A stretch of 64,000 bases of DNA. It comes from a virus (Duplodnaviria > Caudoviricetes). The stretch lies in the IMG/VR virus record IMGVR_UViG_3300042868_009047; one strand, written 5' to 3'. Within the stretch, counting starts at the first letter, position 1. Each line of letters opens with the position of its first letter. Both the position numbers and the translations under genes were made by a program. The notes under the pieces are model-generated. The model was given only the letters and a program-made list of their open reading frames with translations. It made no database searches and had not been told where the DNA came from. Below are positions 26,266 through 35,690 of this stretch, one piece after another.

Positions 26266-27005
26266 AATATAAGTCTTTTCATTTTATAGTGTTGAATAAG
26301 CATTTCAGCTTCTTTTTTCATGTAACAGATTGGGATTACTTTAAAAGTTTGGATGTTTTTATCCCAATAGAACAAACCACCACGATTAAACTTTTTTCTA
26401 GTTTCTTTCTCGTACATCAAAGCATACACCGATAATTGAATTGTGTAATCATTATACTGGCAGTGAGCCAAATGATCTAATGGGAAGTGTAAGAATTCAC
26501 CATATTTGTTTTCATATTCAAACTTTTTGTTTGTCTTAAAATCCCACACATTAAAGAATGCATCACCTGGTAAATCTTCAATAATATCTGAAGTACCAGC
26601 AACACCTTCCTCATCATTAAATTCAATCGACATGATATGCTCTGGTTTTAAAAAAGGACTATCAATTAAACCCAAACCTTCTTCGTAACAAACATCTCTA
26701 AATGCACCAATCACAACTTTCTCAAATTCGTCTCGTGGTGAGTACATTCTACCAGGCGCTAACAAAAACCTTTCAAGGATTTCGTGCAATGCGGTTCCAT
26801 ACTCATTAGCCATGCGGTTAATTTCTCTCCATTCAGCAATAACCTCTTCTTTGGTTACACCTTTTCTCTTTGCCACCCTTTCAGCGTGGTAATCTTCGTT
26901 AAACTTTTCTTTGTACTGTCCCAATACAGTAGTAACTGACGTATACTTAACGGTAGTTTTTTCACTGTTAGTGTACGTGTGGGTTGCGTGATCTAATGTT
27001 ATCAT
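26262..27005 (-). CDS. PD-(D/E)XK family exonuclease
   Basis: SVTTVL, GTALHEILE, AGTSDII, VWDFKTNK and YTIQLSVYA motifs. Confidence 0.85.
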   Translation of the reverse strand: MITLDHATHTYTNSEKTTVKYTSVTTVLGQYKEKFNEDYHAERVAKRKGVTKEEVIAEWREINRMANEYGTALHEILERFLLAPGRMYSPRDEFEKVVIGAFRDVCYEEGLGLIDSPFLKPEHIMSIEFNDEEGVAGTSDIIEDLPGDAFFNVWDFKTNKKFEYENKYGEFLHFPLDHLAHCQYNDYTIQLSVYALMYEKETRKKFNRGGLFYWDKNIQTFKVIPICYMKKEAEMLIQHYKMKRLIL

Positions 27006-27964
27006 TCTTTGATTCTTTTACTTGTTTGTAATAATTTACCTAAATACTCTTTTCCATACTTCTCATAGTACAATGAAATATCAATACCTTTAGGTAATGT
27101 TAAAACCAACACCTTTTTATAGAGTCGGCCAGCATCTAATTTATTGTATATTCCAACGGTATCATTCCAAGCATCTGGATCGAGTGCAATAATAATGAAA
27201 TTTTTTGATTTAAAATATAATTCTTTAAATAATTTTTCAGACATTTTTTTACCAAGCAATGGAATGCTATTAGGTATAACGATATGATCGAAAACACCCT
27301 CAACTAAAAACACTGGTTTTTCCCAGTTAATTAAAGCTTCGTTAAAAATTAATGTCTGTTTTTCAACCGATGGGTTCAAGTATTTGAACTTGGTTGTTTT
27401 TGGGTTGATGGATCTTGTTACAAAAAAGTTTAGTTTATTGTCAATATCATAGGATGGTATAACAACACGATTTTGATATTTGCCTTCCAGGCAAAAACCT
27501 ATTTTGTATGTTTTGATGTGGGAATCGTTTAAACCTCTAGTATAGAGATAATCAAAGGCACCATGAAACCTGGAGTTACCTATCTTACCATCAAGTAGTA
27601 TATACTCATCAGGTAACCTTAATTCATCTTTTTTCTCCTCAACAGTTTTTTGTTGGATGAATTTAAAATTAAGTTTATAAAATTGGTCTAATGTTTTTTT
27701 GTCGGAGTATGTTTTAAACAAAAAAGATAATCTACCCTTGGTACCATCTGTTTCACCACATGACCAGCAGTTATACACACCGTCTTTATAGGAAATCTCA
27801 AGATTACCCTTTTTATCAAACTCCATTCCTTTCATAGCGGAACAGTTTGGACAGTCAAAACTAATTTGCTTCTTACGTTTATAGTGCTTTCTAGGCTCAC
27901 CTAAAAAGGATTCCAATAAATCAATTAGCTTATCTGTTTCTAATTCGTTATTTAGTAAATCCAT
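27002..27964 (-). CDS. DNA primase (Zn finger plus TOPRIM); start revised to ATG 27964
   Basis: CPNC...CWSC, YLYTRGL, NRVVIPSYD, KYLNP, LVEGVFD and IALDPDA. The GTG at 27973 lies inside the promoter -7 element. Confidence 0.9.
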   Translation of the reverse strand: MDLLNNELETDKLIDLLESFLGEPRKHYKRKKQISFDCPNCSAMKGMEFDKKGNLEISYKDGVYNCWSCGETDGTKGRLSFLFKTYSDKKTLDQFYKLNFKFIQQKTVEEKKDELRLPDEYILLDGKIGNSRFHGAFDYLYTRGLNDSHIKTYKIGFCLEGKYQNRVVIPSYDIDNKLNFFVTRSINPKTTKFKYLNPSVEKQTLIFNEALINWEKPVFLVEGVFDHIVIPNSIPLLGKKMSEKLFKELYFKSKNFIIIALDPDAWNDTVGIYNKLDAGRLYKKVLVLTLPKGIDISLYYEKYGKEYLGKLLQTSKRIKE

Positions 27965-27972
27965 AATTCCCA

Positions 27973-28004
27973 CAAATATAGGAAATTATTCTTTTACAAA
28001 CAAA
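27973..28004 (-). promoter_or_regulatory. Bacteroidota-type sigma-70 promoter for primase
   Basis: TTTG(28004-28001)-N20-TATATTTG(27980-27973). Confidence 0.75.
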
Positions 28005-28005
28005 C

Positions 28006-28605
28006 TTATTTGAAAATTTCTTTCATTTTGGCATAAGCAAGCATAACCACATAACTATCTGACATATCAAAATTTTCTTTTTTTAATTGACCCTTTTTGT
28101 CTAATAACCAGTTAATTTGGGGTTCTCTTTTAGAGACTTTATCCCAGATAAGTTTTTTCTTATCAACGTCTTTGGGTAATCCACCAAATAAAACAGGTTT
28201 TCCAGTACTTCCTGGTTGCATAAACTCAGGAAATGCGTTTTTTCTGGCTTCATAAGTGGAAACGTATTCTGGGACAATACCCATTACGTCATAGCATATT
28301 TTGGTAACCATACCGTTAAAACGTAATAAGGTACCAACGGTATTAACGTTGTTTGACCTTAATAATGGTTCCTCAATAACTACGTGTTTAATGTTGAGTG
28401 TTTTGTACTTTTGTACGAAATCATAAAACAAATCAGCTTTTTTGATAAGCTCCTCAGTCTTTGTTTTAGGTTCGGGTTTAGCTTTTGGGGAAATGTGTGT
28501 TAACTCCAAAAGCTCCCCTTTATTGTTGAATAATGAAATTCCGATTGTTTTAGTTGAAACATCTAGTCCAAGTAAGTAATATTCTTCTTGTATCTCTTTT
28601 ATCAT
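28006..28605 (-). CDS. RuvC-like Holliday junction resolvase
   Basis: RNase H-fold acidic motifs LGLDVST, VVIEEP and DMSDS. Confidence 0.8.
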   Translation of the reverse strand: MIKEIQEEYYLLGLDVSTKTIGISLFNNKGELLELTHISPKAKPEPKTKTEELIKKADLFYDFVQKYKTLNIKHVVIEEPLLRSNNVNTVGTLLRFNGMVTKICYDVMGIVPEYVSTYEARKNAFPEFMQPGSTGKPVLFGGLPKDVDKKKLIWDKVSKREPQINWLLDKKGQLKKENFDMSDSYVVMLAYAKMKEIFK

Positions 28606-28615
28606 AAAATCTTAA

Positions 28616-30493
28616 TTATAATCTTATTTTGATATTGAACGACACAACGTCATACCAATATTTTTTAATTGGTTGTGTTGGTTTGCAAATCGCCAATAAA
28701 TTACCATCAGCATCATGGATACCCAATTGTGTAATAATAACAGGGAATAGATCACCATTTGTTGATTTAAACGATGCTACATCTTCCGTTTGGGCAACGC
28801 CCATCATATCTTTTGCGGTATCGTTTGTTGATTTAAAAAATTCATCTGAAGATGCCAAACAAACAATATTTAAAGATTTTTCAGTGTTGTAACTGTTATA
28901 TGTTAATGTATAATCTGTTGTACCTGTATAGATAAATTGTGTGCTATCCCATAGGATGTCAGTAACATCTTTAGTGACAATCAATTCATATGTATCGTTA
29001 GAGTCTGTGGTTCTAACATCGCCTCTCCATTCAGCAATTACAGGTGTGTTTGATGAGTCAACGGTTGCGTCATAGTTTTTAACCATACTAGTTAAAGTAC
29101 CACTTGTATAGATACGGCCATCAAAAATATTGTGGAAATATGAATCAACAAGTAATGGGTGTGTAATAACTATAAAACCTTTGTCCAAATAAGCTACTCC
29201 AACACAAACATCATCTTTATAGTTGTATGTTGGTTTTTCTTGGGCTGTTGGTGAAAATACTCTAGTTCCGTTTATAACTTCACTATAAGCATCACCCCAG
29301 TTACTAAAATTAACAGAAGGTGTTTGTACTGCATCCGTAAATAACAATACAACATTACTCTCATATGTTGTTGAACTTACTGTGGCTAAATCAGGTCTAA
29401 CACCAAGTGTGTTAACACTAATATCTGGTTCAGATAATTTCTTATCTAAATTATTGTTTATACCAGCTGTATTGTAGGTACCGTATAACTCGATAGTACT
29501 TGGTCCTGTCCAACCAGTCATAATACCCAAACGTTTTGGGTCTGCTGTGGATGATAAAGCACCAGTATAATAAGGTAATTCTAATTTAATTGTCTTACCA
29601 TCAATAATTTCACCGTATTTGTTATTTGGTATTTCAAATATCATGTATAAATCATTTGGAACTGGTAAATTCCAAGGTTTGTTTGTTTCAAACTCATTGC
29701 AACCAATTGTTTGCATAACAGTATCATAGTATTCGCCAGTATAACCAGTTGCTGGGTGAACCAACAATGCGTCAGTTGTACCAGTATATGAATCTGTAAT
29801 TGCGGTCCATTTTTTATTAACACCACCAATAACAGCTGCAACAGTATCATTAGTACCCGCATTAGATAAAACACCATAAGCGGATCTTGAATATTTTTTG
29901 TATTCTTCATCCGTAACGGGTAAATTAAGTGACTTTAATAAGTTAGCAAAAATAGTATTATTATCCTGTCTACCAACAAAGAAACCTGGTAAAATATCGG
30001 TGCTATTTAATGTTGTACCACTAAATGTGTGGTTTAATTCTTGAAAACCGTTTGATAAATCAAAAGGTACACTTTCATTAACTAAAATCGCGTTCTCAAT
30101 TGGTTTTAGCACATTATAATTTGTTGGGTTAACATCGTATTCAATGTAACCACGACAAGATCCAGCGTTATTTGGTTGTGAAAACTCTTTATCATTATAA
30201 GCAACTGAAAGTATGTATTTATAACCCCCATTTGCCGCAACAGCTGTTGGGTTATTGCTTAGATCTAATGGTGGTCCTTGAGCTTTACCTAAAACCGTGT
30301 TTACACCTAAAGAGTTTAATTTATTGTATAGACCAGAACTACTTGAAACCTCTGTATGTGTAATAACAACATTTTGGTTTAAAATTGTTAGATGTGGTGG
30401 TTGTTCTAATAAATAGAAACTAGCAATACCGTCTGTACCACTAGAAATTGTTCTACTATAATATGGAATTCTAACTTTTAATATCGCACTCAT
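28616..30493 (-). CDS. Tail/baseplate-associated structural protein (625 aa)
   Basis: C-terminus ITQLGIHDADGNLLAICKPTQPIKK is paralogous to that of the 911-aa protein and resembles the tail-collar (DUF3751-like) C-motif. Confidence 0.8.
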   Translation of the reverse strand: MSAILKVRIPYYSRTISSGTDGIASFYLLEQPPHLTILNQNVVITHTEVSSSSGLYNKLNSLGVNTVLGKAQGPPLDLSNNPTAVAANGGYKYILSVAYNDKEFSQPNNAGSCRGYIEYDVNPTNYNVLKPIENAILVNESVPFDLSNGFQELNHTFSGTTLNSTDILPGFFVGRQDNNTIFANLLKSLNLPVTDEEYKKYSRSAYGVLSNAGTNDTVAAVIGGVNKKWTAITDSYTGTTDALLVHPATGYTGEYYDTVMQTIGCNEFETNKPWNLPVPNDLYMIFEIPNNKYGEIIDGKTIKLELPYYTGALSSTADPKRLGIMTGWTGPSTIELYGTYNTAGINNNLDKKLSEPDISVNTLGVRPDLATVSSTTYESNVVLLFTDAVQTPSVNFSNWGDAYSEVINGTRVFSPTAQEKPTYNYKDDVCVGVAYLDKGFIVITHPLLVDSYFHNIFDGRIYTSGTLTSMVKNYDATVDSSNTPVIAEWRGDVRTTDSNDTYELIVTKDVTDILWDSTQFIYTGTTDYTLTYNSYNTEKSLNIVCLASSDEFFKSTNDTAKDMMGVAQTEDVASFKSTNGDLFPVIITQLGIHDADGNLLAICKPTQPIKKYWYDVVSFNIKIRL

Positions 30494-30499
30494 TTTATG

Positions 30500-30745
30500 T
30501 TATTTTCTTAATATTTGACCTTTTATTGTTATGTTTTTTGATATTGCGTAAACATTATCATTATAGTCACCAGTAATATCTGTAACTATTTGATCGACAG
30601 TTGATAACGCATTGTAATTACCATCTTCATCTGAAATAGAAAAAGTAACTGGTTTAAAACCTTGTTCCAAAAGTTTTCTTCTACCCAACTCTGTTAGGTA
30701 AACTTTAATTTCTTCGGTGCTTCCGCTTTGTGGTACGAACCCCAT
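30500..30745 (-). CDS. Small structural protein (81 aa)
   Basis: YLTELGRRKLLEQG..VTFSISDED..Y motif is shared with the N-termini of 32539..32919 and 32919..35654. Confidence 0.75.
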   Translation of the reverse strand: MGFVPQSGSTEEIKVYLTELGRRKLLEQGFKPVTFSISDEDGNYNALSTVDQIVTDITGDYNDNVYAISKNITIKGQILRK

Positions 30746-30805
30746 GTTTTTAGTTTATTTAAATATATTAATTTTATTCTACAAATCAAGTTATTATTCC
30801 TATAT

Positions 30806-30813
30806 AATAAATA
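30806..30813 (-). promoter_or_regulatory. Putative late-promoter motif TATTTATT
   Basis: Intergenic, upstream of ATG 30745. Confidence 0.35.
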
Positions 30814-30839
30814 TACGACTCTTTTGTTTTTTTTTTATT

Positions 30840-31475
30840 TTAAGTTTTAACGAGTATAACACTAATAACAACTTCTTCATTAACAGCGTTATTGAATGTG
30901 TTATCGGTAAAGCATTTTATATTAAAGGTTAAATCAATAACGCCAACTCTTTTTTCTGGGTCAAATGATGTTTTACCATAATAATGTGTATCTAAGACAT
31001 TTAGATTTAAAACCTCATAAAAAGCTGAAAACTCTAAAGTCGTTAATGGTAATAAAATCTTGTTTGACCCCAATAAACCAACAGGTATAACCAAAGTTAA
31101 TTTACCGATCAATTTACCGTTATTTGTTACTTGATATTCTTGATAATGTTTTGTACCAATAATATTTTCACTACCAACTAAATCAGTTTCATCGTATTCA
31201 TTTACCAATTTTAATTTTAACGTGTTTAAAGTCGAATTTATCTTAGAATCCCTAAATTGCGCCTTTACATATGTTAAATTATTAAAATATATTGAGGTTG
31301 TGTTTGAGTTTAATATTTTAAATTTACCATCTGATTCAGTGGTTAAATACTTATCTGGCCCAACCACACTAACACCTGGGGTGTTTATATAAAAATTAAT
31401 TTTAGGTACGCTAAAACTAAAAACGGGCATTTTATATTCAACCCTTGTTCCGTAATATTGTATTATAGTTGCCAT
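30840..31475 (-). CDS. Hypothetical structural protein (211 aa)
   Basis: Beta-rich ORF within the structural block. Confidence 0.75.
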   Translation of the reverse strand: MATIIQYYGTRVEYKMPVFSFSVPKINFYINTPGVSVVGPDKYLTTESDGKFKILNSNTTSIYFNNLTYVKAQFRDSKINSTLNTLKLKLVNEYDETDLVGSENIIGTKHYQEYQVTNNGKLIGKLTLVIPVGLLGSNKILLPLTTLEFSAFYEVLNLNVLDTHYYGKTSFDPEKRVGVIDLTFNIKCFTDNTFNNAVNEEVVISVILVKT

Positions 31476-31486
31476 TATTTATTTTT

Positions 31487-32539
31487 TTAAGCTGGTAAAG
31501 GTGGTGGGTTATTATCAACTTCGATATCGTCATACAAATAACCAACCGTTGTTTGTGATATCCTTCCGTTATAATCAACCATTATTTTAAAATCTTTATT
31601 ACCAGTACATATGTTTGAATTAAATAATTCTTCTGTACTCGTATCCAATTCAGCCGTAACCTTGAACATATATCCGCTCATAACGTTGAATGGGCTAATG
31701 TTTGGTTCTTCTGCAAGACCTCGATCTTGTATATCATATTCTGGTTCTGGACCAACATCAAAAGGGGTAACTACTGGTAGGGTAAATGATGTTATGTAAA
31801 GATTACCAGTAGGGGAAACAGTAGAAAAGACTGATGTACCATAAAAAGGTTGACCAACATCACCCTCTATCCATTGAAAAGTAATATTTGATGCACTGGT
31901 ATTTTCAATCACATATACATGTGGGTGAGGTAGATAAGACACGTTAATCGTGTCGCCAGTTGTCGTACCAGTACCGCTTATATTAATCCAATTGTTAAAA
32001 AAAGATGCGCTGATATCAACATAACCAGCAACAACTGGGTTAGATGTTGACCCACTGTAAGTAGCGGAAGCATAATCATAAACTTTTAAATCTGATAATC
32101 TAAGTTTTTTCTTATTATTACCAAAAATAGCGTAGATGTCAACATTAATTGTATAACCTGTTGTACTAACCTCATAATTCTGGCCATCACCATTAAAGTT
32201 AAAGTACATATCAAAACTTGTATAATAAACCTCACCCTTAACTAACATGTTGTTTTTCTTAAATTGTGTATAATCAACAGCAATGTTTCTTGTTGCTTTT
32301 GAATTGTCACCAATAAAACCATTACCCATTGGCATATTATCATATATGGAAGTTTTATCAACCAAATTATAAGAACCATTTATAAATTCAAAATCAGATA
32401 AATCATTTGATCTATAGGGGTGAAAATCGTAATCTTCTATCAAGGCGTTAACAACCCCATTAGTACTATATGACGTGTAATCATAAGGTGCTTTAAGATG
32501 TATACCGTTTAAATTTTTAAGGTTGTATTGTCTAGCCAT
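31487..32539 (-). CDS. Hypothetical structural protein (350 aa)
   Basis: Ser/Thr/Gly/Tyr-rich ORF, translationally coupled (TAATG). Confidence 0.8.
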   Translation of the reverse strand: MARQYNLKNLNGIHLKAPYDYTSYSTNGVVNALIEDYDFHPYRSNDLSDFEFINGSYNLVDKTSIYDNMPMGNGFIGDNSKATRNIAVDYTQFKKNNMLVKGEVYYTSFDMYFNFNGDGQNYEVSTTGYTINVDIYAIFGNNKKKLRLSDLKVYDYASATYSGSTSNPVVAGYVDISASFFNNWINISGTGTTTGDTINVSYLPHPHVYVIENTSASNITFQWIEGDVGQPFYGTSVFSTVSPTGNLYITSFTLPVVTPFDVGPEPEYDIQDRGLAEEPNISPFNVMSGYMFKVTAELDTSTEELFNSNICTGNKDFKIMVDYNGRISQTTVGYLYDDIEVDNNPPPLPA

Positions 32540-32919
32540 TAGTCTTTATATGTCATTATTTTAATCGTTTCCGTTGAAAGGTCTGGATCGTATGCGATAT
32601 AATTATTTTCAGCTCTTTGGTTAACACCCAAAAAACCATGAGTAAAATGTATGTTGTTATCAATAGAGCCTCTTTTAGAGTCCTGTACATAGACCTCACT
32701 CGTGTTATTAACTTCTGTCGTATCATAAAATTTTATTGTTGGTATTGTCTGACCTGTTAAAACATGAGGATCCATACCACTCATTTGGTTGTAGTTTGAG
32801 TTATCTATTAATGAAAAATATTTAACCTCATTCTGAAAACCGTTGTTTATGAATGTTTCTCTACCCTTGTCTGTAAGGTATATTTCAAAAGTATATTTAT
32901 TTCTTTTTATGAATCCCAT
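32539..32919 (-). CDS. Small structural protein (126 aa)
   Basis: IYLTDKGRETFINNG...KYFSLID.SNY motif. Confidence 0.75.
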   Translation of the reverse strand: MGFIKRNKYTFEIYLTDKGRETFINNGFQNEVKYFSLIDNSNYNQMSGMDPHVLTGQTIPTIKFYDTTEVNNTSEVYVQDSKRGSIDNNIHFTHGFLGVNQRAENNYIAYDPDLSTETIKIMTYKD

Positions 32920-35654
32920 TAGAAATCGATTGTGGCTTGTATTACTACCATATCAGAATTATATTTTCTTGTTATTGGCTCTGAAAATTTACCAATTGCC
33001 ACTAATACACCATTAGTATCAAAAATACCTATTTGAGTAAACGCAACTTTATCCTGATCAGAATTAAATGTTGGGTTATCTGTTGATATGTATTGATTAG
33101 GTAACACGTTACAAGTTAATTGTGTTTTATATATTGTTGCTTTAATATCTGTCTCTACATTACCAAAGAAAAATACCTCATCACCAAAAGTAAAATCCGT
33201 TGACGAAATACCTGGTATGGTAATATAATCACTTAAATTATAAATATCGGTGTCACTATTGTCAAGCATAAACTGATCTATATTTACTCTAAGCGCTGAA
33301 ATAGTGTCTTTTGTTAAAACATTTGTTGATACCGTTTGTCCAGCACCTGAATTATCTAAATAGAACATTGTTATTTCACTACCTTCTGTTAATGATGGGA
33401 AATTTAATTCAACACGTCTGTCATCAATTGTTTCATTTGTAACAAATACACCATATGTTGTTGAATTTAACAACATACCTTTATAGAATAACCATACTGT
33501 TGAATTATTTGGTTGTTTGTCCAATTTAAGTGATACTCTATTAGGTGCTATCGCTGATTTATAAATTGCGTTAGCGTTTGTATTTGCGTTGATTGTAGCC
33601 AATGATGGTACCGTTATAACTTGTTTAATTGTTCTAGAAGTAATACTTGTACCAGTTAAATAGTAAATTTGTAAAAGATCTGGGTCAGCCCCATAACCTT
33701 GCCCAAAAACAATAACTCTTCTATTATTAGGTCCAACAGCGTATGTTGTTGGGTATGGATAATATGTACCGTCACTTAATGTGTCGTCTGATGCTTGCGT
33801 TTGGGTAATACCACCATATATTACGATTATTTCACCAACTGGTGTACTTCCTAACTCAAAAACATCAAAAGCGTTAACGTCAATTACCGTATGTGACCCT
33901 AATTTATCAGAATTATAGTCAATTATATCAGCATGTAACTCGAAATTAGTACCATTAAGGTTCATAACCCCAGTCACACAACCATTTGTACCCAAGAACT
34001 CACTTACATCGATATAAGCCCAGTTTGTTGGGTCTGGTTTTATAGCTGTTGTAGATTTTTGCCATAACATTAATATCTGGTTAGTTTTATAACCAATACC
34101 TGTTTCATCATCATAATCTCTTAAAAAAGGGAATTCAGTATAATTTGGGTCCTCTATTTTTTTATTAAACTGGAATAAAACGTCTTTAGCTGTTGTTGTC
34201 GTATTTTGTATCGTTGTGTAATCTTCACAGTGCATACCTGTTATACCAGCGCTATCAAGTAACATATAAGTTACATACAAATACTCACCTGATTGTAGGA
34301 TACCTGTTGTACTTGTATTACCACAAATTCCTGGTTCTGTTAGGTTTAACATAGGTTTTGGTAATGTCCAGTTTCTATTGGCTTTGTATGATAAAGCTGA
34401 TAATAATTCTGGGTGTTCAATAACAATAACTTTTTCATCGGTAAAAACTTTACCGACTACCGTTTTGTTAGTTTCCTGATCAACTAAATCATAATAAGGG
34501 TATTTAGATGTACCTAAACCAGCTTCGGTTGTTTCTATTAAATATTGTAATTCAGTGTCAGCAACAAATGTATAACCAATTGTTGTTGCAACGCCAGAAT
34601 CAAATTGTTGTTTATGCCACATTAAATACGGTATTTTAAGTTTAAACGTTGAACGATAAAAACCTTCCCCGTAAAAATTTGAAACCGTATTATTAGTATA
34701 ATGTATAACGCCAATTTTGGTGTTTGTATCATAATAACCAAAATTTATTGCAGTCCCTAAGTAATCTTTTGACACAACATCATATTTTGATTTGTCAACT
34801 GTAGAATCTAAACCAATAATATCCTCAATATTAATGATGTTCATGTTCCAAACTGGGACATCTAAAGCTGATTGGGTATTATTATTTGAGAAATCTAATA
34901 ACCCACCTTGCCAGTAAGCCATTGGGCTTTGTTCATCGTAGTAATCTTTGATTGTATCTTTACCTGGATAAATAAAAGCGTCAAGCTCGTAAGAATCAAA
35001 TGCTGGTAAATCACGATCAACAACAACCGTAATTGTTGTGCCACTGGTTAATCCCGTTAAATTATATGTGCTAGAGCCTTCAATTGTTTTTATAACATAC
35101 ATTAAATATTGAACTGGTTCCACTGTTATTTCATCAGATGGTACTTGAGTTGCTGTATAATTTGTTGTGTACCCACTTGTTTTAAATTTAACAAAAAGAT
35201 AGTCACCTTCTTTTATTGTTGTATCGTATGATGAATTTATTGTTCCACCACTATATGTTAAATCAAGTGATGTTGCACTCGCAGCTGTTGTACCAGTTAA
35301 TGGCCCTGCTAACCACAAATCAGAGTCAACTGTTATTGTTGAGCCAGTTGTATCGTAATTAAAAAAACCTCTTTCTATTGCCGATGTATAAATCTCATTT
35401 GGTATTGCGTTAACAATTGTTATTGGGTTTAAAACATTAATACCGTCAGATGTTAATGGTAAACTTAAACCTAACACATTATCAGATGGTCTTAAAATGT
35501 TAACATTTGGGAACGAGTCGTTGGAATAATCCATTTCACCGTCACCAAGACCAAAATATGTAAAATTTAAGGTCCCTTCAGCTAGATTTCTCCTACCGTT
35601 ATTGGTTAATTTAACGTTAACCAACGGATCGTTTTTCTTAATTATATAGCTCAT
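32919..35654 (-). CDS. Tail/baseplate structural protein (911 aa), tail-collar-like termini
   Basis: N-terminal KLTNNGRRNLAEG...YFGLGDGEMDY and C-terminal FTQIGIFDTNGVLVAIGKFSEPI. Confidence 0.85.
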   Translation of the reverse strand: MSYIIKKNDPLVNVKLTNNGRRNLAEGTLNFTYFGLGDGEMDYSNDSFPNVNILRPSDNVLGLSLPLTSDGINVLNPITIVNAIPNEIYTSAIERGFFNYDTTGSTITVDSDLWLAGPLTGTTAASATSLDLTYSGGTINSSYDTTIKEGDYLFVKFKTSGYTTNYTATQVPSDEITVEPVQYLMYVIKTIEGSSTYNLTGLTSGTTITVVVDRDLPAFDSYELDAFIYPGKDTIKDYYDEQSPMAYWQGGLLDFSNNNTQSALDVPVWNMNIINIEDIIGLDSTVDKSKYDVVSKDYLGTAINFGYYDTNTKIGVIHYTNNTVSNFYGEGFYRSTFKLKIPYLMWHKQQFDSGVATTIGYTFVADTELQYLIETTEAGLGTSKYPYYDLVDQETNKTVVGKVFTDEKVIVIEHPELLSALSYKANRNWTLPKPMLNLTEPGICGNTSTTGILQSGEYLYVTYMLLDSAGITGMHCEDYTTIQNTTTTAKDVLFQFNKKIEDPNYTEFPFLRDYDDETGIGYKTNQILMLWQKSTTAIKPDPTNWAYIDVSEFLGTNGCVTGVMNLNGTNFELHADIIDYNSDKLGSHTVIDVNAFDVFELGSTPVGEIIVIYGGITQTQASDDTLSDGTYYPYPTTYAVGPNNRRVIVFGQGYGADPDLLQIYYLTGTSITSRTIKQVITVPSLATINANTNANAIYKSAIAPNRVSLKLDKQPNNSTVWLFYKGMLLNSTTYGVFVTNETIDDRRVELNFPSLTEGSEITMFYLDNSGAGQTVSTNVLTKDTISALRVNIDQFMLDNSDTDIYNLSDYITIPGISSTDFTFGDEVFFFGNVETDIKATIYKTQLTCNVLPNQYISTDNPTFNSDQDKVAFTQIGIFDTNGVLVAIGKFSEPITRKYNSDMVVIQATIDF

Positions 35655-35666
35655 TTTTTGTTTTTA

Positions 35667-35674
35667 TATAAATA
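35667..35674 (-). promoter_or_regulatory. Putative late-promoter motif TATTTATA
   Basis: Intergenic, 13 nt upstream of ATG 35654 (GATATTTATA). Confidence 0.55.
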
Positions 35675-35690
35675 TCGTTATTTTATAAAT

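Noticed and set aside
26262-27005. Cas4 assignment for the PD-(D/E)XK nuclease
   Set aside because: It lacks the four-Cys Fe-S cluster pattern and there is no CRISPR context; it sits in a recombination operon.
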